Shown here piece after piece: positions 1 through 10,081 of a stretch of 64,000 bases of DNA. Source of the stretch: an uncultured Bacteroidales bacterium (GTDB taxonomy: Bacteria > Bacteroidota > Bacteroidia > Bacteroidales > P3). The stretch is taken from NCBI GenBank assembly GCA_905234695.1, contig CAJOHZ010000011.1, positions 3,121 to 67,120 of the forward strand, in the 5' to 3' direction. Made by a program: the position numbers and the translations under genes. Each line of letters starts with the position of its first letter. The first letter of the stretch is position 1. The notes beneath the pieces are model-generated. The model was not told the origin of the DNA. It worked only from the letters and a program-made list of their open reading frames with translations, and ran no database searches.

Positions 1-1344
1 CTGCGCCACAAGCTGAAAGAGTTCGACGAGACCTCCTACGTGATGGCCCAGCTGGGGCGCGACGACGAGGGGGCCGAGTGTTTCTCGCTCTCGCATGTGG
101 AGATTGGCATCGGCCTCAAACCCTACAACACCTGGAAGAGCGGCCGCACAAAGGCGGAACTCGTACAGGCCATGGCCGACACCATCGCCAAGATGCCCGG
201 CTACCAGGTGGGCTTCTCGCAGCCTATCATCGACATGGTGATGGACCAGATTGCCGGCACACACAGCGACCTGGCCCTGAAGGTCTATTCGGACGACATC
301 GCCGAAGGGCGCCGGGTGGCCGACCAGATTGCCGCCGTGCTGAAAGAGATTCCCGGCGCGGGCGATGTGGCCGTGGACCAAGAGCCCCCCACCCCACAGC
401 TGCAGATTTCGGTGAACCGCGCCGCCCTGGCACAATACGGGCTGAACGTGGCGGACGTCACCGAGCTGATTGAGCTGGCCATCGGCGGCCGCGCCATCTC
501 GCAGATTTATTCGGGCAGCAAGGTGTATGACGTCACCTGCCGCTATGCCGAGCGGTTCCGCAACAACCCCGAGCAGATAGGAAGCCTCACCCTCACCACC
601 CCCGAAGGGGTGAAGGTGCCCCTCTCCGCCGTGGCGGACATCCACACAGCCCTCGGCGCCAGCACCATCATGCGCGAGATGAACCGCCGCTACACCCTCG
701 TGCGACTCAACCTGCGCGGGGCCGACCTGACGACCTTCGTGGACGAGGCCAACCGCCGTATCGCCGAACAGATAGAATACAACCCCGATATCACCACCCT
801 CCATTGGGCCGGACAGTTCGAGAACCGCAACCGCGCCTTCGACCGGCTGGGACTCGTGGTGCCGCTGGCCCTGCTGGTGATGTTCATCCTCCTCATCCTG
901 GCCTTCGGCAAGATACGCCAGGCCGCCCTGCTGATGAGCGTGCTGCCCCTGGCACTCTTCGGCGGCATGCTGGCCCTCAACGTGCGCGGCATGACGCTCA
1001 ACGTGTCGTCGGCCGTGGGCTTCATCGCCCTCGTGGGCGTGGCCATGCAGAACGGCGTCATCATGATTTCGCACATCAACCACCTGCGGCGGACAGGCCT
1101 CGACCTGCGCAACGCCGTGGTGAAAGGAGCCTCGCACCGTATGCGGCCCGTGCTGCTGACGGCCTCGGTGGCAGTGCTGGGCCTGTTCCCCGCCTCCATC
1201 TCCACCGGCATCGGCAGCGACGTGCAGCGCCCGCTGGCCACCGTCATCGTCTATGGACTCCTCTTCGCCACCATCATCACCCTCTATATCCTCCCGACGC
1301 TCTACTACATGGTGGAGAAGAGGAAATTGAAAATTGAAAATTGA
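1..1344 (+). CDS. RND efflux permease, CusA/CzcA heavy-metal-efflux family (C-terminal ~447 aa; 5' end upstream of window)
   Basis: Frame 1 is open from base 1 (LRHKLKEFDETSYVMAQ...). It shows a porter subdomain plus a C-terminal TM bundle with RND-typical strings 'GFIALVGVAMQNGVIMISHINHL' and 'RPVLLTASVAVLGLFPASI'. A TolC-family gene follows directly. Confidence 0.85.
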   Translation: MRHKLKEFDETSYVMAQLGRDDEGAECFSLSHVEIGIGLKPYNTWKSGRTKAELVQAMADTIAKMPGYQVGFSQPIIDMVMDQIAGTHSDLALKVYSDDIAEGRRVADQIAAVLKEIPGAGDVAVDQEPPTPQLQISVNRAALAQYGLNVADVTELIELAIGGRAISQIYSGSKVYDVTCRYAERFRNNPEQIGSLTLTTPEGVKVPLSAVADIHTALGASTIMREMNRRYTLVRLNLRGADLTTFVDEANRRIAEQIEYNPDITTLHWAGQFENRNRAFDRLGLVVPLALLVMFILLILAFGKIRQAALLMSVLPLALFGGMLALNVRGMTLNVSSAVGFIALVGVAMQNGVIMISHINHLRRTGLDLRNAVVKGASHRMRPVLLTASVAVLGLFPASISTGIGSDVQRPLATVIVYGLLFATIITLYILPTLYYMVEKRKLKIEN

Positions 1345-1358
1345 AGATTGAACGTTGA
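1324..1358 (+). repeat. five tandem heptads AAATTGA x3, AGATTGA, ACGTTGA
   Basis: Read directly from the sequence. TGA occurs at 1328, 1335, 1342, 1349 and 1356, covering all three frames. The TGA at 1342 is the RND gene stop. Confidence 0.9.
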
Positions 1359-1365
1359 AACCAAG

Positions 1366-2637
1366 ATGAAAACGAAGTCTCTATCCAAATATCTGCAAGC
1401 AATTGTCTGCACCTTCATAATTCTCAATTCTCAATTCTCAACTCTCAATTCGGCATCGGCCCAGCCGTTGTCATATCACCAGTTCATCGACACCCTCATG
1501 TCGCGCAACAAGGCCCTCGCCGCCCAACGGCTCAATGTGCAGGTTGGCGAGGCGGAAGTGACCGCCGCCCGTGCATTCCAGGACCCCTCCGTCACTGTGG
1601 AATACGGCAACAACAGCGACTGGCTCATCGCCATGGGAAAGTCGCTGAGCGTGGAACTGTCCAAGAGTTTCTCGCTCGGCAAAGTCTCCGCCCGCACACG
1701 GCTGGCCAAACAGTCGCTCATCGTCGCCGGCGCGGAGCTGGACGACTACCTCCGCAACTTGCGTGCCGATGCCACGGTGAGTTTCTTCGACGCGCTGCTG
1801 GCACGCGACCTTGCGGCCATCGGACAGGAGGCCTGGCAGAATGTACAGGCCCTTGCCGCCAGCGACAGCCTGCGCCATGCGAGGGGCGACATCTCGGAGC
1901 TGGACATGCTGCAAAGCCGTCTGGAAGCCCATCTGGCCGAACAGGAATGGAACAGCCGGGCCACCGACTACCGCAACAAGCTGGTGCAGCTCGACGCCCT
2001 GGCCGGAACGCCCGACCGCGGCACCACCGCCGTGGAGGGCTCCCTGGGAGTTCCGTCGGAAGAATATGCACTCCAATGGCTTCTCGACACCATGATGCAG
2101 GCCCGCGCCGACCTGCTGGCGGCCCGTGCAGGCATCAATGTGGCGCGCTCGGAGCTGCAGGTGACCCGTCGGGAACGGATGCCCGACATCGACCTCAGCG
2201 TAGGCGTCAGCCACAACTCGGAGGTGCTGAACGAAGAGGCCCCGGCGCCGGAGTTTATCGGCTACACCGTGGGGGTCGGCATCCCGCTGCCTGTGTCGAA
2301 CCTGAACAGAGGAAACGTCCGCGCCGCTCAGCTGCGCTCCCAGCAGGCCGAGCTGCAGGCCGACGACCTGGAGATGCAGGTGAAGGCCGAGGTGGTCTGC
2401 GCCTATAACAACTACCAAGCCGCCCGCGAGCGCGCCAAACGGTTCTCCACAACGCTTATGGAGAACGCCCGGCAGGTGCTCGACGGGAAGCTGTATGCCT
2501 ACCGGCGGGGCGAGACATCGCTGCTCGAAGTGCTCAACGCCCAGCACACCTATAACGAAATCCAGGAAGCCTACGCCGAATGCCTCCACGACTGTATGGT
2601 GGCCTTGACGGAACTACAGCGTGCGGCAGGAATATAA
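1366..2637 (+). CDS. TolC-family outer-membrane efflux channel
   Basis: ATG at 1366 (MKTKSLSKYL...) with a signal peptide. The ORF-track start at 1348 is a TTG inside a repeat tract. The protein has long helical-repeat architecture of outer-membrane factors and lies immediately downstream of the RND pump. Confidence 0.8.
   Translation: MKTKSLSKYLQAIVCTFIILNSQFSTLNSASAQPLSYHQFIDTLMSRNKALAAQRLNVQVGEAEVTAARAFQDPSVTVEYGNNSDWLIAMGKSLSVELSKSFSLGKVSARTRLAKQSLIVAGAELDDYLRNLRADATVSFFDALLARDLAAIGQEAWQNVQALAASDSLRHARGDISELDMLQSRLEAHLAEQEWNSRATDYRNKLVQLDALAGTPDRGTTAVEGSLGVPSEEYALQWLLDTMMQARADLLAARAGINVARSELQVTRRERMPDIDLSVGVSHNSEVLNEEAPAPEFIGYTVGVGIPLPVSNLNRGNVRAAQLRSQQAELQADDLEMQVKAEVVCAYNNYQAARERAKRFSTTLMENARQVLDGKLYAYRRGETSLLEVLNAQHTYNEIQEAYAECLHDCMVALTELQRAAGI
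1421..1448 (+). repeat. four tandem heptads TTCTCAA x3, CTCTCAA (reverse-complement motif) inside TolC signal peptide
   Basis: Read directly from the sequence. The tract translates as ILNSQFSTLNS. Confidence 0.9.
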
Positions 2638-2682
2638 GGGGGGATTTTTTCGCAGGTTTGCGGTTGTTTGCTTTTTTTTTCG

Positions 2683-2690
2683 TACCTTTG
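2683..2690 (+). promoter_or_regulatory. Bacteroidota sigma-A -7 box TACCTTTG upstream of fucosidase gene
   Basis: Matches the TAnnTTTG consensus. It lies 66 nt before the ATG at 2756, and TTTG elements lie 13-26 nt upstream. Confidence 0.5.
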
Positions 2691-2755
2691 CAAGCTGTGG
2701 AGTTTGCAGGGGGAGGTCTCCTGCGCCCAGATAGTCGATTGAAAAACAAAGCAAT

Positions 2756-4201
2756 ATGAATAAAAGCAGATTTCTCGCCACACTTGTCATTCTACTTGCG
2801 CTGACCCCCTGCCTCACGAGCCGCGCCCAGCGGGTGGAGGCCGACTGGGAGTCCATCAACCAGCGGGGCTATCCGCAGTGGTTCCGTGACGCCAAGCTGG
2901 GCATCTTTGTCCACTGGGGTCTCTACTCCGTGCCCGCCTACGGCCCGTCGGACGGCTACGCCGAGTGGTTCTTCCGCGGCCTGATGACCGGCGACAGCCT
3001 GCGCACCGCCACGATGCAGTCCTACGTGCGGCTGTGGGAGCCGCTGGTGGGCGACCAATGGAGCGGCCGCATGACCAACGGCGAGGGGGTGATGGTGCAG
3101 AACCCCCGCATGACGGACCGCTACGGCCTGTTCGTCCCCCTGTGGCGCGCCGAGCATTGGAACCCCGACCAATGGGCCGACCTGTTCAAACGCTCAGGAG
3201 CCCGCTACGTGCTGCTGGTGAGCAAGCACCACGACGGCTACTGCCTGTGGAACAGCCGCTACCAGCCCAACTGGAACAGCGTGTCCACCGGGCCGCGCCG
3301 CGATATCGTGGGCGAGCTGACACGCGCCGTGCGCCGCAACGGCATGAAGATGGGATTCTACTATTCGCTGACCGAATGGACGAACCCGATGCACGTGTGG
3401 ATGCAGGACCCCGACAGCACCATCGGCGACTATGTGGAACGCTACATGATACCCCAGTTCCAGGAACTGGTGTCCAAATACCAGCCCAGCCTGATTTTCG
3501 CCGATGGCGACTGGCAGAACAGCGCCGAGGAGCTGCGCTCGAAAGAGATTATCGCCTGGTACTACAACACCATCGGCGCCGACGCGGTGGTCAACGACCG
3601 CTGGGGCCGAGGCACACAGCACGGTTTCTGCACCCCTGAATACAAAGGGGCGCTGGGCGACACGGTACGCCCCTGGGCGGAATGCCGCGGCATCGGCCGC
3701 TCCTTCGGCCTGAACCGCAACGAGCCTCTGGAGAACTACCTGACGAGCGACTCGCTGATACGCCACTTCGTCAAGCTGGTGGCGGCGGGCGGCGGCCTCA
3801 CCCTCAACGTGGGCCCCGATGCCGACGGCACCATCCCGATGCTGCAGCAGGAACGCCTCACCGACATCGGCCACTGGCTCGCCATCAACGGCGAAGCCAT
3901 CTACGGCTCACACCCCTTCCGCAAGATGTGCGAGAAAGACAGCACGCTGTACTATACCGTCAACAACGGCCACCTCTACGCCATCGCCCTGCAGGTGCCG
4001 TCGGGCAACCTCGTGCTGACCAACATGCCCAAACCCGCGAAAGAGATGACCGTGACCCTGCTCGGATGCAGCAAGCCGCTGAAATGGCGTCACATGGGAA
4101 ACAAACTCGTCATCCGCACCGACGGCCTCTCGGTGGCCGAAATCGCCAAGCTGAAATCGGCCTGGGTGTTCAAGCTCAGCGGCTATGCCGGCAGCCGATA
4201 G
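2756..4201 (+). CDS. alpha-L-fucosidase (GH29)
   Basis: Signal peptide followed by GH29-typical strings 'GIFVHWGLYSVPAYG', 'YAEWF' and 'KHHDGYCLWNS'. Confidence 0.85.
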   Translation: MNKSRFLATLVILLALTPCLTSRAQRVEADWESINQRGYPQWFRDAKLGIFVHWGLYSVPAYGPSDGYAEWFFRGLMTGDSLRTATMQSYVRLWEPLVGDQWSGRMTNGEGVMVQNPRMTDRYGLFVPLWRAEHWNPDQWADLFKRSGARYVLLVSKHHDGYCLWNSRYQPNWNSVSTGPRRDIVGELTRAVRRNGMKMGFYYSLTEWTNPMHVWMQDPDSTIGDYVERYMIPQFQELVSKYQPSLIFADGDWQNSAEELRSKEIIAWYYNTIGADAVVNDRWGRGTQHGFCTPEYKGALGDTVRPWAECRGIGRSFGLNRNEPLENYLTSDSLIRHFVKLVAAGGGLTLNVGPDADGTIPMLQQERLTDIGHWLAINGEAIYGSHPFRKMCEKDSTLYYTVNNGHLYAIALQVPSGNLVLTNMPKPAKEMTVTLLGCSKPLKWRHMGNKLVIRTDGLSVAEIAKLKSAWVFKLSGYAGSR

Positions 4202-4230
4202 AACCTTTTTGAGAGACACATTATTTTTTC

Positions 4231-4258
4231 GGGCGCGCACAATAATATTGGCGCGCCC
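4231..4258 (+). terminator. GC hairpin after fucosidase gene (no canonical U-tract)
   Basis: An 8-bp stem (GGGCGCGC / GCGCGCCC) with a 12-nt AT loop. The T-run precedes the stem rather than following it. Confidence 0.35.
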
Positions 4259-4287
4259 GCGTTATAAAAACAAAACTCACAGAACCG

Positions 4288-5814
4288 ATGAAACGATACG
4301 TCCTGTTGCTTGCGCTCTTGCTGACGGCCCTGCAGCTGCCGGCCCAAGAGAAGAAACTTTCGGCCCTCTTCGACTATGCCACTTTCTACCTGGCCGAGAA
4401 GAACACCCCGTATGTGGAGACCTACCTCAATTTCGACGCCCGCACGCTGCATCTGCAGCAGAAGGAAGACGGGAAATACCGCGCCACCGTCGAGATTGCC
4501 ATCGCCGTGCGCAAGGACGACACTATTGCCTACCTGAAGAAATACGAACTGCTGAGCCCGGCGGCCGAAAGCCCCGAGGCGGACGGGTTCTCGTTCTTCG
4601 ACCTGCAACGGTTCGCCCTCTCCAACGGCATCTACGACATGGAGATTACCCTCCACGACAAGGCGTCGCAGGCCGAGCCCGCCGTCATCCAGGAAAAACT
4701 GCTGGTGTACTATGACCCGCAACGCCCCGACCTGTCGAGCATCCTGAACATCGGCTCCGCCACCCGCACCACGAAGACCACCATCTTCTCGCGCAACGGG
4801 TACGACATGGTGCCCTATATCGACTACTTCATCCCCGAGGAGCAGAAGAAGCTATCGCCCTATTTCGAGATATACAACCTCCAGCAGGAGGTGAAGGGGG
4901 ACGGATACCTGATATACCTCTCCATCGAACAGAAGGAGACCGGCCGCCGCATCACCGCCTTCGACCGCACGTTCCGCTACAAGGAGGCACAGACAAGCAC
5001 AGCCTTCTATACCGACATGGACATCGCCGCCCTGCCGTCGGGCAACTACAACCTGGTGGCGGAGGTGCGCAACATCCACAACGAGGTGCTGCTGCGCAAG
5101 GCGCTTCCCTTCCAACGCTCCAACCCCTCGGCGGAAGAGCTGAACGCCTCGGACGAGGTGGTGGCCACATCGTTTGCCGCCCTCATCACCGACGAGGAGA
5201 AACTGAACTACTACCTCGACGCCCTCTACCCCATCTCGTCGGACCCCGAGATACAGACCGCACGCAGCCTCATCAAGCGACACGACATCGCCGGCAAGCA
5301 GGCCTACCTGTACCACTTCTGGGCGCGCCGCGACGCCATGGACCCTGCGGGGAAATGGCATGAGTACCTGGGCTGGCTGACCTACGTGGACGAGACCTAC
5401 AGCTACCCCCGCACGCCGGGCTACCACACCGACCGCGGCCGCGTGTACCTGCAGTACGGCCCGCCGGACTTCATCCGCGACGAGAAGAACTTCGTCGGGG
5501 CCCTGCGCGTGGGCAACACCCGTCAGGTGCAGCAACGCAACGACGTAGACCCCCTCGGAGGCTCGCCCATCAACAACCAGGGGCATGTCTATTACCTGCC
5601 CTACCAGCTGTGGCGCTACAACCGACTGGAGGCCGACGAGCCCAACCGCGTATTCCTGTTCTGGGACCAGATGCGCAGCGGATACTACAAGCTGCTCAAC
5701 TCCAACGCCCGCGGCGAGGTACGCGAGGCCAACTGGGAGCACCGCCTGAGCCAAGGGCAACTGGACGACGACGTGATTGGCGAAGTAGGAGAACAGTTTG
5801 ATAGAGGCTATTGA
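4288..5814 (+). CDS. GWxTD-domain protein (secreted)
   Basis: Signal peptide MKRYVLLLALLLTALQLPAQ. The C-terminal string 'PGYHTDRGRVYLQYGPPDF' matches the GWxTD family signature. Confidence 0.7.
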   Translation: MKRYVLLLALLLTALQLPAQEKKLSALFDYATFYLAEKNTPYVETYLNFDARTLHLQQKEDGKYRATVEIAIAVRKDDTIAYLKKYELLSPAAESPEADGFSFFDLQRFALSNGIYDMEITLHDKASQAEPAVIQEKLLVYYDPQRPDLSSILNIGSATRTTKTTIFSRNGYDMVPYIDYFIPEEQKKLSPYFEIYNLQQEVKGDGYLIYLSIEQKETGRRITAFDRTFRYKEAQTSTAFYTDMDIAALPSGNYNLVAEVRNIHNEVLLRKALPFQRSNPSAEELNASDEVVATSFAALITDEEKLNYYLDALYPISSDPEIQTARSLIKRHDIAGKQAYLYHFWARRDAMDPAGKWHEYLGWLTYVDETYSYPRTPGYHTDRGRVYLQYGPPDFIRDEKNFVGALRVGNTRQVQQRNDVDPLGGSPINNQGHVYYLPYQLWRYNRLEADEPNRVFLFWDQMRSGYYKLLNSNARGEVREANWEHRLSQGQLDDDVIGEVGEQFDRGY

Positions 5815-6674
5815 TGCACCTGCTGTCCGACATACTATACCCCATCGTCTACTATCTGGTGCGCTACCGCCGCAAGGTGACGCGCCAGAATTTGCTTCGC
5901 GCCTACCCCGACCGCAGCGACGAGGAGCGGCAGCATATCGAACGCGCCTACTACCACCACCTGTGCGACCTGCTGATGGAGGCCCTGTACAACCTCTACG
6001 CCCGCCCCTCAAGCATCATGAAACGGTACCATTTCGCCAACCGACAGCTGGTGAACAAATACTATGACCGAGGGCAGAGCGTGGTGCTGATGTCGGCCCA
6101 CTACAACAACTGGGAGTACATGATTACCTCGCTTAACTTCCAACTTATGCACCACGGCATCGGGGTGGGAAAACCTTTGGACAACAAATCGATGGCCAAA
6201 TACGCCACCCGCCGCCGCAGCCGGTTCGGTACCCAAATTGTGGACCAGACCGATGTGCGGCAGGAGATGGCCTACTACCACGAACACCATGTGCCGGTGG
6301 CCTATATGATGCTCTCGGACCAGTCGCCAAGCAACGAGCACAAGTCCTACTGGACCACCTTCATGAACCAGGAGACCCCGTTCCTGTACGGAGCCGAGTA
6401 TTTTGCCCGCAAATACAATATGCCCGTGCTTTACTACGAGGTCGAGAAGACCCGCCGCGGACACTACGAGGTGCATTTCTCCCTGTTGTGCGAGAAGCCC
6501 GACGAGGTGCCGCAATACACCATCACGGCCCGCTACGTGCAGCGGCTGGCCGCCACCATCGACCGCAATCCCCAGTACTGGCTGTGGTCGCACCGGCGGT
6601 GGAAACGCATCCGCCCCGCGGACATGCCGCTCCACCCCGCCCTGCCGGCCGAACCCCAACACCCATCCACCTAA
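5814..6674 (+). CDS. LpxL/HtrB-family lipid A (lysophospholipid) acyltransferase
   Basis: ATG at 5814 overlaps the upstream TGA (TGATG). It carries the acyltransferase H-box 'SAHYNNWEY' and has family-typical length and N-terminus. Confidence 0.75.
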   Translation: MHLLSDILYPIVYYLVRYRRKVTRQNLLRAYPDRSDEERQHIERAYYHHLCDLLMEALYNLYARPSSIMKRYHFANRQLVNKYYDRGQSVVLMSAHYNNWEYMITSLNFQLMHHGIGVGKPLDNKSMAKYATRRRSRFGTQIVDQTDVRQEMAYYHEHHVPVAYMMLSDQSPSNEHKSYWTTFMNQETPFLYGAEYFARKYNMPVLYYEVEKTRRGHYEVHFSLLCEKPDEVPQYTITARYVQRLAATIDRNPQYWLWSHRRWKRIRPADMPLHPALPAEPQHPST

Positions 6675-6688
6675 CCCTACCCGATACC

Positions 6689-7702
6689 ATGCATACCGCC
6701 GTCGTCATACTCAACTGGAACGGGAAGAAGATGCTGGAGCGTTTCCTTCCCTCCGTCACCGCGCACACCACGGGCGACACCGAGGTGGTCATTGCCGACA
6801 ACGGCTCCACCGACGACTCGCTGGCGTTCCTGGCCTCGGAATACCCCATGCTGCGCGTCATTGCACTCGATACCAACTACGGCTTCGCCGAGGGCTACAA
6901 CCGCGCCCTGGCGCAAATAGAGGCCGACTGCTACGTGCTGCTGAACGACGACGTGGAGGTGACGCCCGGATGGATAGAGCCCGTCGTGGCCCAGCTGGAA
7001 CGCAACCCACAGACCGCCGTCTGCCAGCCCAAGCTGCTGATGTACGACCAGCGCGACACTTTTGAATATGCCGGCGGCGCAGGCGGATTTATCGACAAGT
7101 ACGGCTACCCCTTCTGCCGCGGCCGCCTCTTCACCACCCTGGAGCGGGACCACGGCCAATACAACGACCCCTGCGAGATATTCTGGGCCTCGGGGGCGGC
7201 AATGTTCGTCAAGGCCAGCGTATGGCGCGAGCTGGGCGGCCTCGACGGGGACTTCTTCGCCCACATGGAGGAGATTGACTTCTGCTGGCGGGCCAAGAAC
7301 GCCGGCTACCGCGTGGAATACTGCCCGGAGTCGACCATCTACCATGTCGGCGGCGGCACACTGCCCAAGTCCAACCCGCACAAGACATTCCTCAACTTCC
7401 GCAACAACATGGCGCTGCTATACAAGAACCTGCCACAGAAACGCCTGCACCGCGTGCTGGCCCTGCGCATGATGCTGGACTATGTGGCCGCCTTCAAGTT
7501 CCTGCTGGAGCGCAAGCCACAGGAGTACAAGGCGGTGTTCGACGCCCACCGCGCCTTCCGGAAGTGGGTGCCTCGCCTGAAAGTGAAACGCTACCGATGG
7601 CAACACCAGCAGCCGGTCAGCTGCATGTTCAACGGACCGCTCCTGATACACTACTACCTGCTGCGCCAGACCCGTTTCAGCCAAATATACAAACGTCAAT
7701 AA
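6689..7702 (+). CDS. glycosyltransferase family 2
   Basis: True start is [22 protein letters not shown]. It has '[12 protein letters not shown]' and DxD-type 'LLNDDVEV'. The upstream 67 codons of the ORF track overlap the acyltransferase gene and are Pro/Arg junk. Confidence 0.85.
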   Translation: MHTAVVILNWNGKKMLERFLPSVTAHTTGDTEVVIADNGSTDDSLAFLASEYPMLRVIALDTNYGFAEGYNRALAQIEADCYVLLNDDVEVTPGWIEPVVAQLERNPQTAVCQPKLLMYDQRDTFEYAGGAGGFIDKYGYPFCRGRLFTTLERDHGQYNDPCEIFWASGAAMFVKASVWRELGGLDGDFFAHMEEIDFCWRAKNAGYRVEYCPESTIYHVGGGTLPKSNPHKTFLNFRNNMALLYKNLPQKRLHRVLALRMMLDYVAAFKFLLERKPQEYKAVFDAHRAFRKWVPRLKVKRYRWQHQQPVSCMFNGPLLIHYYLLRQTRFSQIYKRQ

Positions 7703-7722
7703 CAATATCACACCATACACAC

Positions 7723-9255
7723 ATGAGAAGAATCAGAGTTCGTTTCGCACCCAGCCCCACCGGCCCGCTGCATATCGGCGGCGTGCGCACTGCCTTGTAC
7801 AACTACCTCTTCGCCCGCCAACAGGGGGGCGACATGATACTGCGCATCGAGGACACCGACCAGACCCGTTTCGTGCCCGGCGCCGAGGCCTACATCATCG
7901 AAGCCCTTGACTGGCTCGGCATTAAATTCGACGAAGGGGTGCATATCGGTGGCAAGTACGGCCCCTACCGCCAGAGCGACCGCAAACCCATGTACCGCCA
8001 GTATGCCGAACAGCTGCTGCGCGACGGATGGGCCTATTACGCCTTTGACCGCCCCGAGGCACTGGAGGCCAAACGCAAAGAGTTTGAAGCACAGAAGAAG
8101 ACCTTCCAGTACGACTGCACCACCCGCGGCATGATGGAGAACAGCCTCTCGCTGCCCGCCGACGAGGTGCAACGGCGACTTGACAACGGCGACCCCTACG
8201 TGGTGCGCTTCAAGTTCCCCGCCGACACCAATATCACCGTCCACGACCTTATCCGCGGCGATGTGACCATGAACAGCAACCTGCTCGACGACAAGGTGCT
8301 CTTCAAGAGCGACGGGATGCCCACCTACCACCTGGCGAATATCGTGGACGACCATACCATGGAAATTTCGCACGTTATCCGCGGCGAGGAATGGCTGCCC
8401 TCGGCACCGCTGCACGTCATGCTCTACCGCGCCTTCGGCTGGGAGGATACCATGCCCCAGTTCGCCCATCTGCCCCTGCTGCTGAAACCCGACGGCAACG
8501 GCAAGTTGAGCAAGCGCGACGGCGACCGCCTGGGATTCCCCGTATTCCCCCTCGACTGGGTGAACCCCGAGACAGGCGAGAAGAGCAGCGGCTACCGCGA
8601 ACAGGGCTATCTGCCCGAGGCGGTGGTCAACATGCTGGCCCTGCTGGGCTGGAACCCAGGCAACGATCAGGAACTCCTAGGCATGGACGAGCTCATCAAG
8701 CTCTTCAGCATCGAGCATATCAGCAAGAGCGGAGCCAAGTTCAACGTGGAAAAGGCCAAGTGGTTTAACCACGAATACCTCCAAAAACGGTCCGACGAAT
8801 GGCTCGCCGACCAGTTCCTCCCCCAACTCAAAGAACGCGGCATCGAGGCTTCGCGCGAGTATGTGGTGAAGGTCTGCGGCATGATGAAGGAGCGTCTCAA
8901 CTTCCCGCAGGAGCTGTGGGACCAGACCCACTACTTCTTCGTCGCCCCCACGGAATACGACCCCAAGGCGGTGGCCAAACGCTGGAAACCCGGCATGACC
9001 GTCCACATGGCCAAGGTCATCGAGATATTGAACACCGTTCCCTTCGAATACGATGCCCTGCACAAGGCGCTGTTGGAAGACTATATCGTCGCCAACGGCT
9101 ACAACATGGGGCAGATCATGAACTCGCTGCGCCTGGCCGTGGTGGGCACCACCGTGGGGCCCGACATGCTGACCCTCGTCATGACCATCGGCAAGGAGGA
9201 GACCATCGCCCGCGTGCAACGCGCCATCGACACATTAAAAGAACCCATAGAATAA
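7723..9255 (+). CDS. gltX: glutamate--tRNA ligase
   Basis: Start [28 protein letters not shown] carries the class I HIGH motif. The KMSKS-type motif is 'KLSKRDG'. Confidence 0.95.
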   Translation: MRRIRVRFAPSPTGPLHIGGVRTALYNYLFARQQGGDMILRIEDTDQTRFVPGAEAYIIEALDWLGIKFDEGVHIGGKYGPYRQSDRKPMYRQYAEQLLRDGWAYYAFDRPEALEAKRKEFEAQKKTFQYDCTTRGMMENSLSLPADEVQRRLDNGDPYVVRFKFPADTNITVHDLIRGDVTMNSNLLDDKVLFKSDGMPTYHLANIVDDHTMEISHVIRGEEWLPSAPLHVMLYRAFGWEDTMPQFAHLPLLLKPDGNGKLSKRDGDRLGFPVFPLDWVNPETGEKSSGYREQGYLPEAVVNMLALLGWNPGNDQELLGMDELIKLFSIEHISKSGAKFNVEKAKWFNHEYLQKRSDEWLADQFLPQLKERGIEASREYVVKVCGMMKERLNFPQELWDQTHYFFVAPTEYDPKAVAKRWKPGMTVHMAKVIEILNTVPFEYDALHKALLEDYIVANGYNMGQIMNSLRLAVVGTTVGPDMLTLVMTIGKEETIARVQRAIDTLKEPIE

Positions 9256-9274
9256 AAATCAATTCCCAATCATC

Positions 9275-10081
9275 ATGGAAATCAATCAAGACTTGAACAA
9301 GCCCGTTGAGGACAACAGCCTCGACACCATCGAAATGAAAGAGATGCAGGAGCAACGCCCCGCCAATCCCGAGCCCATCGAGGCCTGTCCCCCACCCGAC
9401 GACACCCCGGCCGACAACTGCGGCTGCCAGCAACCCGAGAAAGGCAAGTGCAAGTGCAAATGTTCCTGCACCGCAATACTCAACGCCGTGCTGCTTATCG
9501 GATTGGTGCTCATCTATATCTTCCACTTCACCGGCATCGGCACCCACAGCAAGTACAACCCCTCCGCCAGCGAACCCGTTATCGCTGAGGACGGTGTGCT
9601 GAAGATTGCCTACGTCGACAGCGACACCCTGCTGGCCAAATACCAGTATGCCATCGACCTGCAGGCCGAGCTGAACAACTACAAGGAGGCCCAGGAGCGC
9701 AACTACCAGCAGCAGATGACCTCTTTCCAGAATGACTACCAAAAATACCTGCGCGAAGGCGAGAACATGACCCTCAGCCAGCAGCAGGCCAAAGAGGCGG
9801 AACTGAAACAACGCGCCGAACGGCTCTCCACCCTCGAGGCCGAGCTCACCAACAAGGTGATGCAGAAACAGATGAACTCGAACATCGAACTTCTGAACCG
9901 CATCTTCGCCTACGTGCGCGAATACAATGCCGCCAACCAGCAGTTCGACATCATCCTGCGGCGTACCTTTGTGGACAGCCCCACCCTCTACATGAATCCC
10001 GCGATGGACATCACCGACGAGATTGTCAACGGTCTGAACGAGGAATACAAATCCGTCAAGGCCAAGAAAGAAAATAATTAA
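9275..10081 (+). CDS. OmpH/Skp-family periplasmic chaperone with long N-terminal extension
   Basis: The C-terminal ~170 aa is coiled-coil OmpH-like (LAKYQYAIDLQAELNNYKEAQERNYQQQ...). One TM segment (AILNAVLLIGLVLIYIFHF) is preceded by an acidic/Pro-rich region and 'CGCQQPEKGKCKCKCSC'. Confidence 0.7.
   Translation: MEINQDLNKPVEDNSLDTIEMKEMQEQRPANPEPIEACPPPDDTPADNCGCQQPEKGKCKCKCSCTAILNAVLLIGLVLIYIFHFTGIGTHSKYNPSASEPVIAEDGVLKIAYVDSDTLLAKYQYAIDLQAELNNYKEAQERNYQQQMTSFQNDYQKYLREGENMTLSQQQAKEAELKQRAERLSTLEAELTNKVMQKQMNSNIELLNRIFAYVREYNAANQQFDIILRRTFVDSPTLYMNPAMDITDEIVNGLNEEYKSVKAKKENN

Noticed and set aside
6488-6688. N-terminal extensions offered by the ORF track: GT2 from 6488, gltX from 7564, queA from 38213, GH78 from 45926, the hypothetical gene from 59534, mmdC from 15339 and the lipoprotein from 43521.
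   Set aside because: The extensions are Pro/Arg-rich and overlap the upstream gene. Each is followed by an internal Met that begins a canonical N-terminus or signal peptide.
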